DNA of 32,000 nt from Synechococcus elongatus PCC 6301 (GTDB lineage Bacteria > Cyanobacteriota > Cyanobacteriia > Synechococcales > Synechococcaceae), in assembly GCF_000010065.1 (NCBI RefSeq), contig NC_006576.1:2520001-2552000 (forward strand). The letters are read 5' to 3'. Position numbers and translations under genes: made by a program. The notes below the pieces were generated by a model. The model did not search any database. It was not told the DNA's origin and saw nothing but the letters and a program-made list of their open reading frames with translations. This document shows, piece by piece, positions 18,824 through 28,560 of this stretch (position 1 is its first letter; each line of letters begins with the position of its first letter).

Positions 18824-20851
18824 CTAAGCGGCTTGGAGACCACTGTGGCGCAGCAACGGTTCAGTGGCCGGTTCGCGACCTCGGAAGTCGACAAATACGG
18901 TGAGCGGATGTTGGCTACCACCTTGGGCCAGCACCGTATCGCGGAAGCGGCGACCTAAGCTTTGCACGGCTGCTTCATTGCTAAGGTCTACTTCTTCAAA
19001 AGCAGAAAAAGCATCCGCACTCAGCACTTCTGCCCACTTATAGCTGTAGTAACCCGCCGCATAGCCGCCGGCAAAGATATGTCCAAAGGAGCAGAGGAAC
19101 GCATCATCGGGGAGCGGCGCCAGTACCGAAGTCTTGGCCGCAATGCGATCGCGAACCGCTTCGACTGTCTCTGTTCCTTGCGGATCGAAGCGATGGTGAA
19201 GCTCTAGATCCAGCAGGCTGAAGTTGATCTGGCGCAGCATTCCAGAACCCGCCATGAAGGTACGGGCCGCCAGTAGTTTTTCGTAGTAAGCCTCCGGTAG
19301 CGGTTCGCCGGTTTGCCAGTGACGCGCCATGCCGAACAGCGTGGCTCTGTCGTAACACCAGTTCTCCATGAACTGGCTGGGCAGCTCCACCGCATCCCAC
19401 TCGACATTATTAATACCGGAGCAACCGGGATGGTCGACGGTCGTCAGCATGTGCTGCAAGCCGTGACCAAATTCATGGAAGAGCGTTTCCACTTCTCCAA
19501 AAGTCATCAGGCTGGGTTGCTCACCCACGGGCGGTGTCTGGTTACAGATTAAATAGGCAACGGGATTGCGACTGATGCTGCGATCGCCCAGTTGGAAACG
19601 CGCCCGCCCCAAGCAGTCATCCATCCAAGCGCCCCCCCGTTTTTCGGGGGGACGGGTGTAGGGATCGAGGTAAAAAGCCGCGATCGCTTCTCCCTGTTCG
19701 TTCTTAACTTGGAAGTAGCGAACATCGCTCTGCCAAATTGGAGCTTGGCCATCCGCTGCTTCGATCTGAATCCCAAACAGGCGTTGGCAAAGACCAAATA
19801 GCCCTTCCAGTACTCGCGGCAGGGGGAAGTAGGGGCGCAGTTCCTCGGCATTGAAGGCAAACTTAGCTTCCCGTAGTCGCTCCGACCAAAAGCTGATATC
19901 CCACTGTTTGAGATCGTCGGCTTCAGGTGCCCCTTGCTCACGGGCAAACGCTTTGAGGGCTTCCAAATCTGCGATCGCGGCATCCCAGCTGGCAACTCTC
20001 AGTTCTTCCAGCAGCCCTTCAACCGCTTCCACAGACGGAGCCATCTTGCTAGCAAGGCTCAGCTCAGCATAGGTGTTAAAGCCCAACAGTTGTGCCTTCT
20101 GGCGACGCAGCTCCAAAATCTGCTGAATCAGAGTCCGGTTGTCTAGGTCACCTTCGGTGGCGCGGCGAATGTAAGCCCGATAGACCTGCTCGCGCAGATC
20201 GCGCCGCTGACTATATTTCAAAAAGGGGCCAAAGCTTGGGAAGTCGAGGGTGATTCGCCAAGGGCCGGCTTCGGGTGTTGCCTCTGTTTCACCAGCGGCT
20301 TGAGCAGCTTGAGCCGCCAAGGCCAGCAAACTCTCGGGCAGCCCAACAATTTCTTCTGGTGTGGTCAACGTCAGGCTAAAGGCCTTGGTGGCATCCAGCA
20401 CATGGTTGCCCCCGCAGAGAATTGGATTAGGAGAAATGGCTTGAAACTCATCCTCTCCTAAGTATTTTTTTATCCAGCTGCTATTGACTTTACAGTTTGC
20501 GATTAGCTGAGGTTCCTCGGCAAATAAAACCCCTTGGACACCAAAAGGGTCAGATTGGAAATAGACATCGCGAGCATCGCTCAAGAGAATTTCATCTGCT
20601 TCGATTCTCGCCAAAATCTCCTTGGCAATAAAGAAACGGCGAAATACCATTTCAGCTGGTTCACCTTGAAGGTTCACATCAACGAGTTTGACCCGAGGTG
20701 AACTCAATAACTGATGACGGAGTTGGGCTGAAGGACTTGATGCAATTAAAAGAATATCTGCTGAGGTGTTACGGAGTGCAGAAGTTAAGAATAGGTCAAT
20801 TTTGTCGTAGGTATAACCCACGATTGCTGAAAGAATGATGTTTTTTGCCAT
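18824..20851 (-). CDS. Chimeric ORF: glycosyltransferase-like N-terminal fragment fused to an N-terminally truncated M3 oligopeptidase A
   Basis: Continuous 675-aa ORF. Residues 1-148 (MAKNIILSAIVGYTYDKIDLFL...DEILLSDARDVYFQSDPF...PNPILCGG) are unrelated to M3. Residues 149-675 (NHVLDATKAFSLTLT...GGAWMDDCLGRA...LFHEFGHGLQHMLT...HIFAGGYAAGYYSYKWAEVLSADAFSAF) are clearly M3 oligopeptidase. Confidence 0.88.
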   Translation of the reverse strand: MAKNIILSAIVGYTYDKIDLFLTSALRNTSADILLIASSPSAQLRHQLLSSPRVKLVDVNLQGEPAEMVFRRFFIAKEILARIEADEILLSDARDVYFQSDPFGVQGVLFAEEPQLIANCKVNSSWIKKYLGEDEFQAISPNPILCGGNHVLDATKAFSLTLTTPEEIVGLPESLLALAAQAAQAAGETEATPEAGPWRITLDFPSFGPFLKYSQRRDLREQVYRAYIRRATEGDLDNRTLIQQILELRRQKAQLLGFNTYAELSLASKMAPSVEAVEGLLEELRVASWDAAIADLEALKAFAREQGAPEADDLKQWDISFWSERLREAKFAFNAEELRPYFPLPRVLEGLFGLCQRLFGIQIEAADGQAPIWQSDVRYFQVKNEQGEAIAAFYLDPYTRPPEKRGGAWMDDCLGRARFQLGDRSISRNPVAYLICNQTPPVGEQPSLMTFGEVETLFHEFGHGLQHMLTTVDHPGCSGINNVEWDAVELPSQFMENWCYDRATLFGMARHWQTGEPLPEAYYEKLLAARTFMAGSGMLRQINFSLLDLELHHRFDPQGTETVEAVRDRIAAKTSVLAPLPDDAFLCSFGHIFAGGYAAGYYSYKWAEVLSADAFSAFEEVDLSNEAAVQSLGRRFRDTVLAQGGSQHPLTVFVDFRGREPATEPLLRHSGLQAA

Positions 20852-20985
20852 TCAGCCAATAGCCCGCCGCCTCTTCACTCGGGCTTGATTGTAGAGCAGA
20901 ATTGTTGTCCGTTCTGAAAGGCTCTTGGAATTCTCTTGGCTGGCCGAACGGGCACTCTCAAGTTTGGATGGCAACTGTTCTAAGC

Positions 20986-21417
20986 CTACCCAGCGCAATC
21001 GCTGCCCGCTTTGACCAACGTTTTATAAAGGCGCTCAGTTAAACCCGACTGATCTTGCGCTGGCACGAATGCTTCTCCAGGCTGTTCTGGCACCCAAGGC
21101 AAGGTCATGGCGATCGCAGGGAGCCGCGTCTCAACATTGATGCGATCGGGTTGCTCTGGAACTTCACCGAGCAACAAGCGCTCATAGTCTGCACTGAAGT
21201 GGCAGTTGATCTGCCCGCGCCGCTGCCACAGAGCAAGGATTTGTGCGATCGACACCCAGCGGTAACGGCCTTGGTAAATCGCCTCGACTGTGGCGGGATA
21301 AATCCAGGCTTCAGGGTGGTGCGATCGCAGTTGCTGCAAGACCTCTGCTGCTCGCGCTGCCGACAGCTCGAAATAGCGTTCTAACAAGGCAATAACGGCA
21401 GTACGGGTAGAGGTCAC
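20986..21417 (-). CDS. Hypothetical protein
   Basis: 143-aa ORF with plausible composition (AVIALLERYFELSAARAAEVLQQLRSHHPEAWIYPATVEAIYQGRYRWVSIAQILALWQRRGQINCHF). Confidence 0.65.
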   Translation of the reverse strand: MTSTRTAVIALLERYFELSAARAAEVLQQLRSHHPEAWIYPATVEAIYQGRYRWVSIAQILALWQRRGQINCHFSADYERLLLGEVPEQPDRINVETRLPAIAMTLPWVPEQPGEAFVPAQDQSGLTERLYKTLVKAGSDCAG

Positions 21418-21623
21418 AATAAGCTCCAGGGCGATTGTTCCCAGATGGCCGAATAAAACGGTAAAAGTCTCAGGCGGTACAATTTTGCTGCTGAGGGTTC
21501 AACTCAACATCCCAGTTTTCGCGAAAACTGAGCTCAAAATTTGGTAAAAAGTGTAGCAAATTGCTCACGAGCAGTTGTTACTTAGACTACTACTCTGTGT
21601 TCAACTCCCAAGTATCGAGCTGG

Positions 21624-23816
21624 CTAGTTTCCTCCTCCCAGACCCTGCCAATCAAAATCATTGAGTTGAATTGCCAAAATTCCTACTTGTTGATCGGGGT
21701 TGTAGCTCAAAGAGACGCCAAAGGCACGGCGACTATATTCCAATCGATAGGTAGTGTTGAAGGCTTGGTTGGTATCGAGGTTGATCGCACTAGTGACCCC
21801 AACCAAGAAGGGACCAAAGAGCTGTTGGGTAGCCCCTAACACTAAAACATTGCGATCGACGAGGCGATCGAAGAGGAAGGGTGAGAAGCCTTCGCCGGTC
21901 GATCGCAGATAATCAACGCGAAGATTGGTGTAGTCAAAGAAGTCCCCGGCAAATTTACCCAGGGTTAAATCTGCCCCGAATCGATAAGCGATCGAGTTTT
22001 GACTAGTACCATCGCTGTAATTCGAAATAACCCCCGTAATTTCGGGAACGATGCGTAATCCTGGCGAAACCGGCGCAGACGTGTAGCGTAGGCCCGCATC
22101 GGGGGTTGCTGGCAGGGCCTCTTCGCGCCACAGCGTAATGGGCAACGCTAAACCCGTCTCGAGCTGAAAACGATTAAGGTTTGCCAGGGCCGGTGAGGGT
22201 TGCGTGCCGATGAGGTTGGGCTGATCAGTCAGAGCAAGTAGATTTTGATAACTGGCTTGGAACCGGAAATTGAGTCCGTCAATGCGAGGGAAGGTGGTAC
22301 TAGGACTGACGCCAGCGAGGGCGAGCAAATCGAGTCGACGGGTCTCTAGAGTGAGGCCATAGCTCTGCTGAACGGTTTGCACCCCTAAGGATCCATTAAA
22401 GCGGCGTTCACGATAGCGATAGTTGAGCAAGATATCAAAGAAGCCAAAGTCCTGCCGCAAGTCAGAGCTAATCCGGCTTTGGGTGCTGAGGTTCTCGGGA
22501 TTAAGGCTGGCGAGATTAGTGATCAAGCTGAACTGGGTATTGGGAGCCAAGTTGGCATTCAAGCGCCCCACCAAGCCAAAGGCATCGAGGGGATTGACCG
22601 AGTTGACTTCCACATCGTTGCCTAGTTCGCGGCCTCCCCCTGCTAGGTTAATCGCCCGCTGCACCAAAAACTGGGGCGTGAGAGAGAGCTGCAGATTATT
22701 CTCGTTAATCACCGAGAACTCTCGTTCTAGAAAGGCCCCGTTGCGATCGACGCCATCAAAGCCAATGGTGAGAATTCCCCCTTCTCGCTCCTGCACCACG
22801 CTGTTGTTATCCGGCAGTGGAATGCGGAGGCTATTTTCTAGGACTAAACCGGAACCGAAAATACCCAGACTGCCGAGGCCATTGGGTGGCGCTTGATAGG
22901 TGGCTTGAGCAGAGCGAATCTCGGCCTGGGGTGGTGCAAATGGATCATTGGTCAGGGCAATATCTTGGGCTGTCCAGCCATCGGGACGCAGGTCAAGACG
23001 ATCGGCCTGAAAACGGACATTCTGGACGCCACCGCGAATATCGAAGCCACTAATCTGGGTGGGTAGGACGGCCCCAGGATTGGTCAAGCTCTGGAGGTCG
23101 CTGGGGTCGGTGTATTCCCCGCCAAAGGCAGAGGTGACCAGCAGTTGGCCAATGCGACGCACATTCGTGACCGGCTGCTCAAGTTCTTCAACCGATTGGA
23201 TGCGATCGGCAATATCCGTGCTGGGTGGAATAGAGGGATCGAGATCGCGCTCACCGGTAGGGCCTGTGTTAAATCGCCCTTGCGCATTGAGTAAGGTTCC
23301 TGTCTCTTGGAGCAGGTTGTAGGTAAGCTGGCTGCCCCGTGCCACCTGCTGCCCCCGCAGTAACCAAACCCGCCCCTCAGCCTTGAGGGTGTTGGCCTGC
23401 AGGTTGACTTGAATTTCGTCAGCAAACAGGACGCCACCGCGAAAGCGCAGGGATGCCCGACCTTTGGCAATCACCAATTGGCGTTCGCCATCAAAGCTTT
23501 GGCGATCCGCCTGCAACCGCACAATCCCCATGGATTCTAGGTTGGGCAGCGCCGGGGTTGTTTCGGCAGTCGGTGGGGGTGCAGTTGTTGGGGTTGTGGC
23601 GGGTTCTAGCGGACTGACTGCTGGTGCTGGAGTGGGTCGTCGCAGTCTGGGTCGAGCAGGGGGAGGACTAGGACTAGCTTCTGAAGAGGGGGGGAGAACA
23701 GAGCCTGGCGCGGCAGGACTGGCGGTGGCCGGAGCTTGAGCGATCGCCGGCTCCACAACCTCAGCGGGGGCTGCTACCTCGGCAATAACCGGAGTGGGGG
23801 GCAAACTGTCGAGCAT
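21624..23816 (-). CDS. Cyanobacterial outer-membrane protein, OstA/LptD-like (DUF3769-like)
   Basis: 730 aa: Pro/Ala/Thr-rich N-terminus, OstA-like segment (MGIVRLQADRQSFDGERQLVIAKGRASLRFRGGVLFADEIQVNLQANTLKAEGRVWLLRGQQVARGSQLTYNLLQETGTLLNAQG), then an aromatic beta-barrel-like C-terminal half. Confidence 0.78.
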   Translation of the reverse strand: MLDSLPPTPVIAEVAAPAEVVEPAIAQAPATASPAAPGSVLPPSSEASPSPPPARPRLRRPTPAPAVSPLEPATTPTTAPPPTAETTPALPNLESMGIVRLQADRQSFDGERQLVIAKGRASLRFRGGVLFADEIQVNLQANTLKAEGRVWLLRGQQVARGSQLTYNLLQETGTLLNAQGRFNTGPTGERDLDPSIPPSTDIADRIQSVEELEQPVTNVRRIGQLLVTSAFGGEYTDPSDLQSLTNPGAVLPTQISGFDIRGGVQNVRFQADRLDLRPDGWTAQDIALTNDPFAPPQAEIRSAQATYQAPPNGLGSLGIFGSGLVLENSLRIPLPDNNSVVQEREGGILTIGFDGVDRNGAFLEREFSVINENNLQLSLTPQFLVQRAINLAGGGRELGNDVEVNSVNPLDAFGLVGRLNANLAPNTQFSLITNLASLNPENLSTQSRISSDLRQDFGFFDILLNYRYRERRFNGSLGVQTVQQSYGLTLETRRLDLLALAGVSPSTTFPRIDGLNFRFQASYQNLLALTDQPNLIGTQPSPALANLNRFQLETGLALPITLWREEALPATPDAGLRYTSAPVSPGLRIVPEITGVISNYSDGTSQNSIAYRFGADLTLGKFAGDFFDYTNLRVDYLRSTGEGFSPFLFDRLVDRNVLVLGATQQLFGPFLVGVTSAINLDTNQAFNTTYRLEYSRRAFGVSLSYNPDQQVGILAIQLNDFDWQGLGGGN

Positions 23817-23930
23817 TGCAGCCAGTCGATTTCAGCCCAACAATACTACCGTTCCTGCCAAGCGAAGCCGGGCGACACCAGACACCGCCTAGACTGACCC
23901 CCAATCGCTCCAAAACTCATTCACAAGACA

Positions 23931-23958
23931 AAGCCACCCGCAAATTTGCCGGTGGCTT
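23931..23958 (-). terminator. Candidate terminator downstream of psbI
   Basis: Arms AAGCCACC (23931-23938) / GGTGGCTT (23951-23958) enclosing the palindrome GCAAATTTGC (23940-23949), 27 bp past the psbI stop. Confidence 0.6.
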
Positions 23959-23984
23959 CTATGGTGATTGGCGTAAAACAGAAC

Positions 23985-24104
23985 CTAATCTTCGAGGTCT
24001 TTACGGCTCGGGGTCCGGGCCGGGTCACTCGACAGGAAGCCGAAGACGAAGAGAGCAACGAAGAAGAGTACGACGACGTAGACCGTAACCTTCAAAGCCA
24101 GCAT
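23985..24104 (-). CDS. psbI: Photosystem II reaction centre protein I
   Basis: Hand translation of the minus strand gives [39 protein letters not shown] (39 aa), matching the PsbI consensus. It is too short for the supplied ORF track. Confidence 0.96.
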   Translation of the reverse strand: MLALKVTVYVVVLFFVALFVFGFLSSDPARTPSRKDLED

Positions 24105-24216
24105 TATTAGGGTTCTCCGCGAGCGTCAGAGCCGTCCAGGGGGAGAGCGCCACAAGCGCTCAACAGCCCTCTCATCATACCTGAGCCGATCCCCCATCCT
24201 GAGCCTGTAACGGAAG

Positions 24217-25026
24217 TTAGTGATCCCAAAGTGATCGCAGCCATTGCCAGAGCCGGAACAGGGCTTGCTCACACCAGGCGATCGCTCGATCGAGCCAGTC
24301 CACGAGGAACTGAAGTGGGTGGCGAATATAGCCCACGCTGGTGACTTGGGCATCCAGTGTGGTGTCGGCGATCGCAGGCGGTAGACCTATCCGCGGTGGG
24401 GTTCCTGCGATCGGTGGGAGAGAGATTGTTGTTGCTGCCGGTAGCGGTAAGGGTTCGGGCGTCGTAACTGCCGTCAGTTGCAAAACTTGCGCCAACGGTC
24501 GGAACGGCAGAAGTAAGAGCGATCGTAGACCGCGGAGTCCGAAGCGACGGCGGGAACTGAGCAGTTGGCGGCGTTGGGCTAACCACCAGACCAGCCGTTG
24601 TTGCAGCAATAAACGCTGCTCGGAGCTGAGAGACACAAGTTGATTGTGGTGATCGACTAGCACCAAGCTGCGATCGCTTAAATCAGTAGCAACGCCGCGC
24701 ACGATCGCGCTAGGAGGGCGTCGTTGCAGCCAAGATCGGGGCGCATCGGCGAGCCGAAAAGTCCAGCGCTGGGCGATCGAGAGGACATCTTGAACCGGAT
24801 GATCACTCGGTAGAGCTGTAGACTCTGCGGTCGATTGCCCAGCCATCGTCGGAGCCTGATCTCGCGATCGCCAGAAGGCGAGAAAGGGTACCGCTAAGAG
24901 TTCTAGGGTCCAGCGCGAAAACAGCTTGAGGCCGCGCAGTTTTTGGCGCACACGATCGCGCCACTGCCGTCCTTGGCGGAGGATAAGATTGAACAGCCGA
25001 CTCTGGTAGGGACCTGCGGAAGTCAT
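24217..25026 (-). CDS. Hypothetical protein, basic and Leu/Arg-rich
   Basis: The supplied ORF extends to 25116. I prefer the internal ATG at 25026 (MTSAGPYQSRLFNLIL) because the upstream extension overlaps the divergent mannosidase start. Confidence 0.6.
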   Translation of the reverse strand: MTSAGPYQSRLFNLILRQGRQWRDRVRQKLRGLKLFSRWTLELLAVPFLAFWRSRDQAPTMAGQSTAESTALPSDHPVQDVLSIAQRWTFRLADAPRSWLQRRPPSAIVRGVATDLSDRSLVLVDHHNQLVSLSSEQRLLLQQRLVWWLAQRRQLLSSRRRFGLRGLRSLLLLPFRPLAQVLQLTAVTTPEPLPLPAATTISLPPIAGTPPRIGLPPAIADTTLDAQVTSVGYIRHPLQFLVDWLDRAIAWCEQALFRLWQWLRSLWDH

Positions 25027-25095
25027 GCCGGATTGCGGAGACGACCCGATTCTATCCCGCTTGTGAAGGCTGACACTGCTGCGATCGCTGCCCTT

Positions 25096-28000
25096 GTGAC
25101 GCTGCTGCGTCGGCAAACAGAAGTTGATTTACAGCCTCATTGGCGGTTGGCTCCGGCCACTGTTCAGGCGGAAGGCTGTCTAATTGCCCAAGGATTCGAG
25201 ACTTGGTCGATCGCGGAGCGCAACGAAAAGCAGCACATTGCTTGGCCCCGCGGTCAGAAAACGCTTTGGCTTGCTTGCTGTTGGACGATTCCCGATCGCT
25301 GCGATCGCTGGCCTGTTGCTGATATGGCCTTGCGGCTGGCGCTGACTTGGTGGGCTGAAGCCGCTGAAGTCTACGTTGATGGGCAGTTAGTCCAGACTGG
25401 CGACCTGTTTGATTGCAGCAGTCGAGTGCTGTTGCGGGACATGGCCCAGCCGGGCGATCGCCTTCAGTTGTTGCTGCGTTTAGTCAGTCCTGGCCATGAT
25501 GACGGTGCTTTGGTGCGATCGCAGCTGATTTTTGAGTCCTCAACAGACTTGCCAGAGCTAAGTTTTCTGGGGCAGGAGTTGGCGGTGGTCAACAGTTTTG
25601 CCGAACAGCTCCAGCCGGAGTTGCTGCCGAAGCTTGAAGCGATCGCCCAGTCTTTTGCAGACTTAGATTGCAGCCAAGCCGATACGGCAGATCGATTGGC
25701 ACGACTGCGGGATCAACTTGCTGCGATCGCAGCTCCGATTCGTCAGCGCCGTGTCAGTCTGTTGGGTCATGCCCATTTAGATCTGGCTTGGCTCTGGCCC
25801 GTTGCAGAAACTTGGGAAGCCGCCCAGCGCACCTTTGAATCAGTCCTGCAGTTGCAGGCGGCATTCCCAGAGCTGACCTTTGGTCACTCCACACCGGCGC
25901 TCTACGAGTGGATTGAAAGGAATCGCCCCGATTTATTTGTGGCGATTCAAGCTCAGATTGCGGCGGGACGTTGGGAAGTGAATGCTGGCCCGTGGGTGGA
26001 GCCAGAGCTGAACCTAGTCAGTGCAGAATCGCTGGTGCGGCAACTACTCTATGGGCAGCGCTACAGCACCGAGACCTTAGGCGTCCAGAATCGCGTTGCT
26101 TGGCTGCCCGATAGTTTTGGTTTTTGCTGGCAGCTGCCGCAGCTGTTGCAACAGGCGGGAATCGATACCTTTGTCACTCAAAAGCTGCGCTGGAACGACA
26201 GCACCCAATTCCCACACGGCTTGTTTCGCTGGCGATCGCCCGATGGCAGTGAAGTGCTGGCGCTGATGTCGGCTCCAATTGGGACCGGAATCGATCCCGA
26301 GGCGATCGCTAACTACAGCTGGGAGTGGGAACAGCAGACTGGTTCGCAAGAATCACTCTGGCTGCCGGGCGTGGGCGATCATGGCGGTGGCCCCACCCGT
26401 GACATGTTGGAACAAGCTCGCCGCTGGCAACAGTCGCCTTGCTTCCCTCAACTGCAATTCGAGACGTTGACGGCTTATCTAGAACGGTTGGGCGATCGCG
26501 ATCGCCTGCCAGTTTGGAACAATGAACTCTATCTGGAATTTCACCGAGGTTGCTACACCAGCCATGCCGATCAAAAAGCCTACAACCGCCAAGCGGAAAC
26601 CGCTTTATACAGCGCTGAGGTTTGGGCTAGTTTTGCCAGCCTGCTGACGGGAGCGGACTATCCCAAAGTCAATTTAGAAGCAGCTTGGAAGGCAACGCTA
26701 TTTAATCAGTTTCACGACATTTTGCCCGGCTCTGCCATTCCCGAAGTCTATGCCGATGCCGATCCGGAATGGCAACAGGCGATCGCGACGGCTCATCAGG
26801 TCAAATCCGAAGCCCTAACGGCAATCGCCGCTCACATCGCTTGGACAGCACCACCCAGGTCAACTGCGCAGCCTTGGCTAATCTTCAATGACTTGCCGGG
26901 CGATCGCAGTACGGTAATTGCGATCGACGGTCATTGGCGCATCTTTGATTTATCAGGCCAGGAACTCCCCAGTCAGTTCACGCCAACAGAGACGTTAGTC
27001 GCTGTCACAGTGTCGGGCATGGGTTGGCTGGGACTCTGGAGAGAAGCCGCGATCGCAACGATTCAAGCGATTGATCCAACCGCTCCACTGCACTTATCCA
27101 ATGATTGGCTTTCCGCCGAAATTGATCCGGAAACAGGGGATCTCCTGCAACTACGCGATCGCCAAGGCCGAGAGCTGTTGGATGGCCAAGGCAATCAATA
27201 CCAGCGATTCCAAGATCAAGGTCAGTATTGGGATGCTTGGAACATCGATCCGGCTTACGAGCAACATCCGCTCCCATCACCAGAGTTGCAGTCTCTGACT
27301 TGGCTAGAACAAGGACCGTTGCGCTGGCGACTCCGGCGTATCTTGAGCTGCGATCGCTCGACGATTACGCAGGATTACGTACTGACTGTTGCCGATCCTT
27401 GGCTGAAGCTGGAGACGACGATCGATTGGCAGCAGCGCCACGAATTACTCAAGGTCGCGTTTCCAACAACCGTCTCCGCTCCTGTGGCGACCTATGAGAT
27501 GGCAGCTGGGGCGATCGCGAGAGCCAGACAGCCGCAAACGCCCGCCGAAGCGGCTCAATGGGAAGTTCCGGCGTTGCGCTGGGCTGATCTGAGCGATCTG
27601 CAAGGCGGGCTAGCGATTCTGAACGACTGCAAGTATGGCTATGACTGTCGCGATCGCCAGTTGCGGCTAACCCTACTGAGGGGGAGCACTTGGCCCGATC
27701 CCCAAGCCGATTTAGGGCAGCATCAGTTTGCCTACGCGATCTATCCCCATCCAGACTCTTGGCAGGCCGCGGGTGTTGCTCCTCTGGCGCGTCGCCTGAA
27801 TCAACCGCTGACAGGGCAGCCAGCGCCCTTCGCTCAAGGAGCCTTGCAACCTAGCCAAACTCTTCTGAACTGGAATGCGGATCAGCTCCTGCCGCTTGCT
27901 CTGAAACGATCAGAAACGGGCGATCGCTGGCTGTTGCGTTGCTACGAGGCGATCGGTCAAACCGCAGAGCTGGTACTGACGGGCGATCGCACTTGGCAGA

Positions 28001-28110
28001 TCGGGGCTCGTTTAGATGGGCTGGAACAACCGTTGTCCTCCTCTTCGACTGAGGTTCAACCTTGGCAAATTGCCAGCTTTGAGCTGCTGCAACCCACTCA
28101 AGAGAATTGA
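25096..28110 (+). CDS. Glycoside hydrolase family 38 alpha-mannosidase
   Basis: GH38 motifs GHAHLDLAWLWPVAETWEAAQRTFESVLQ, VNAGPWVEPELNLVSAESLVRQLLYGQRY, WLPDSFGFCWQLPQLLQQAGIDTFVTQKLRWND, ATLFNQFHDILPGSAIPEVYADAD. The ORF is open from 24943, but homologous-looking sequence begins near the GTG at 25096. Confidence 0.9.
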   Translation: MTLLRRQTEVDLQPHWRLAPATVQAEGCLIAQGFETWSIAERNEKQHIAWPRGQKTLWLACCWTIPDRCDRWPVADMALRLALTWWAEAAEVYVDGQLVQTGDLFDCSSRVLLRDMAQPGDRLQLLLRLVSPGHDDGALVRSQLIFESSTDLPELSFLGQELAVVNSFAEQLQPELLPKLEAIAQSFADLDCSQADTADRLARLRDQLAAIAAPIRQRRVSLLGHAHLDLAWLWPVAETWEAAQRTFESVLQLQAAFPELTFGHSTPALYEWIERNRPDLFVAIQAQIAAGRWEVNAGPWVEPELNLVSAESLVRQLLYGQRYSTETLGVQNRVAWLPDSFGFCWQLPQLLQQAGIDTFVTQKLRWNDSTQFPHGLFRWRSPDGSEVLALMSAPIGTGIDPEAIANYSWEWEQQTGSQESLWLPGVGDHGGGPTRDMLEQARRWQQSPCFPQLQFETLTAYLERLGDRDRLPVWNNELYLEFHRGCYTSHADQKAYNRQAETALYSAEVWASFASLLTGADYPKVNLEAAWKATLFNQFHDILPGSAIPEVYADADPEWQQAIATAHQVKSEALTAIAAHIAWTAPPRSTAQPWLIFNDLPGDRSTVIAIDGHWRIFDLSGQELPSQFTPTETLVAVTVSGMGWLGLWREAAIATIQAIDPTAPLHLSNDWLSAEIDPETGDLLQLRDRQGRELLDGQGNQYQRFQDQGQYWDAWNIDPAYEQHPLPSPELQSLTWLEQGPLRWRLRRILSCDRSTITQDYVLTVADPWLKLETTIDWQQRHELLKVAFPTTVSAPVATYEMAAGAIARARQPQTPAEAAQWEVPALRWADLSDLQGGLAILNDCKYGYDCRDRQLRLTLLRGSTWPDPQADLGQHQFAYAIYPHPDSWQAAGVAPLARRLNQPLTGQPAPFAQGALQPSQTLLNWNADQLLPLALKRSETGDRWLLRCYEAIGQTAELVLTGDRTWQIGARLDGLEQPLSSSSTEVQPWQIASFELLQPTQEN

Positions 28111-28560
28111 GGCTCAGTTCTGAACGACTGGCCTAGAGGGCATCACCATACTCTGCGATTAGAGCGATCGCCGCCTCTAAGCGTTGTCGACTTTGGGCGG
28201 TGCTGCTGCGCTGGTGTTGTTCGAGTGCCACAAGGAATTTAGCTTGAACTCGGAGAGCCGCTGGTTCTCTTGCTTCAACTGCTGCGTTTTAGCCTCGATT
28301 TCCAGCGTTCTACTCAGAGCTGAGATGGACCACGAGACAGCGTCACAACGATGAAGGCGTAGCAGCTTCATTTAAGGCTAGAGACGTTGACCCCAAGCCG
28401 CTGGAGAGGGATGGTTTCGGCATCGGTGTAAAACCTCAGAAGGGCTGCCGCTGCATAGAGAAAAGTGGTTAGCGATCGCGGTAAGAGGGCCAGTAAGCTC
28501 CGCATGGGTTCAGTCTAGCGATCGCCTTCAAACCGTCATCCACAGCAAGGCTAGTCGGTC

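Noticed and set aside
18703-18903. 66-aa plus-strand ORF downstream of the GTPase
   Set aside because: Contains the candidate terminator hairpin and overlaps the 3' end of the peptidase gene. Looks non-coding.
24943-25095. N-terminal 51 aa of the supplied mannosidase ORF
   Set aside because: Low-complexity extension antisense to the neighbouring gene. GH38-like protein sequence starts near the GTG at 25096.
28177-28371. 64-aa minus-strand ORF (MKLLRLHRCDAVSWSISALSRTLEIEAKTQQLKQENQRLSEF...)
   Set aside because: Mildly coiled-coil-like, but there is no family resemblance, ribosome-binding evidence or operon context. Not strong enough to list as a gene.
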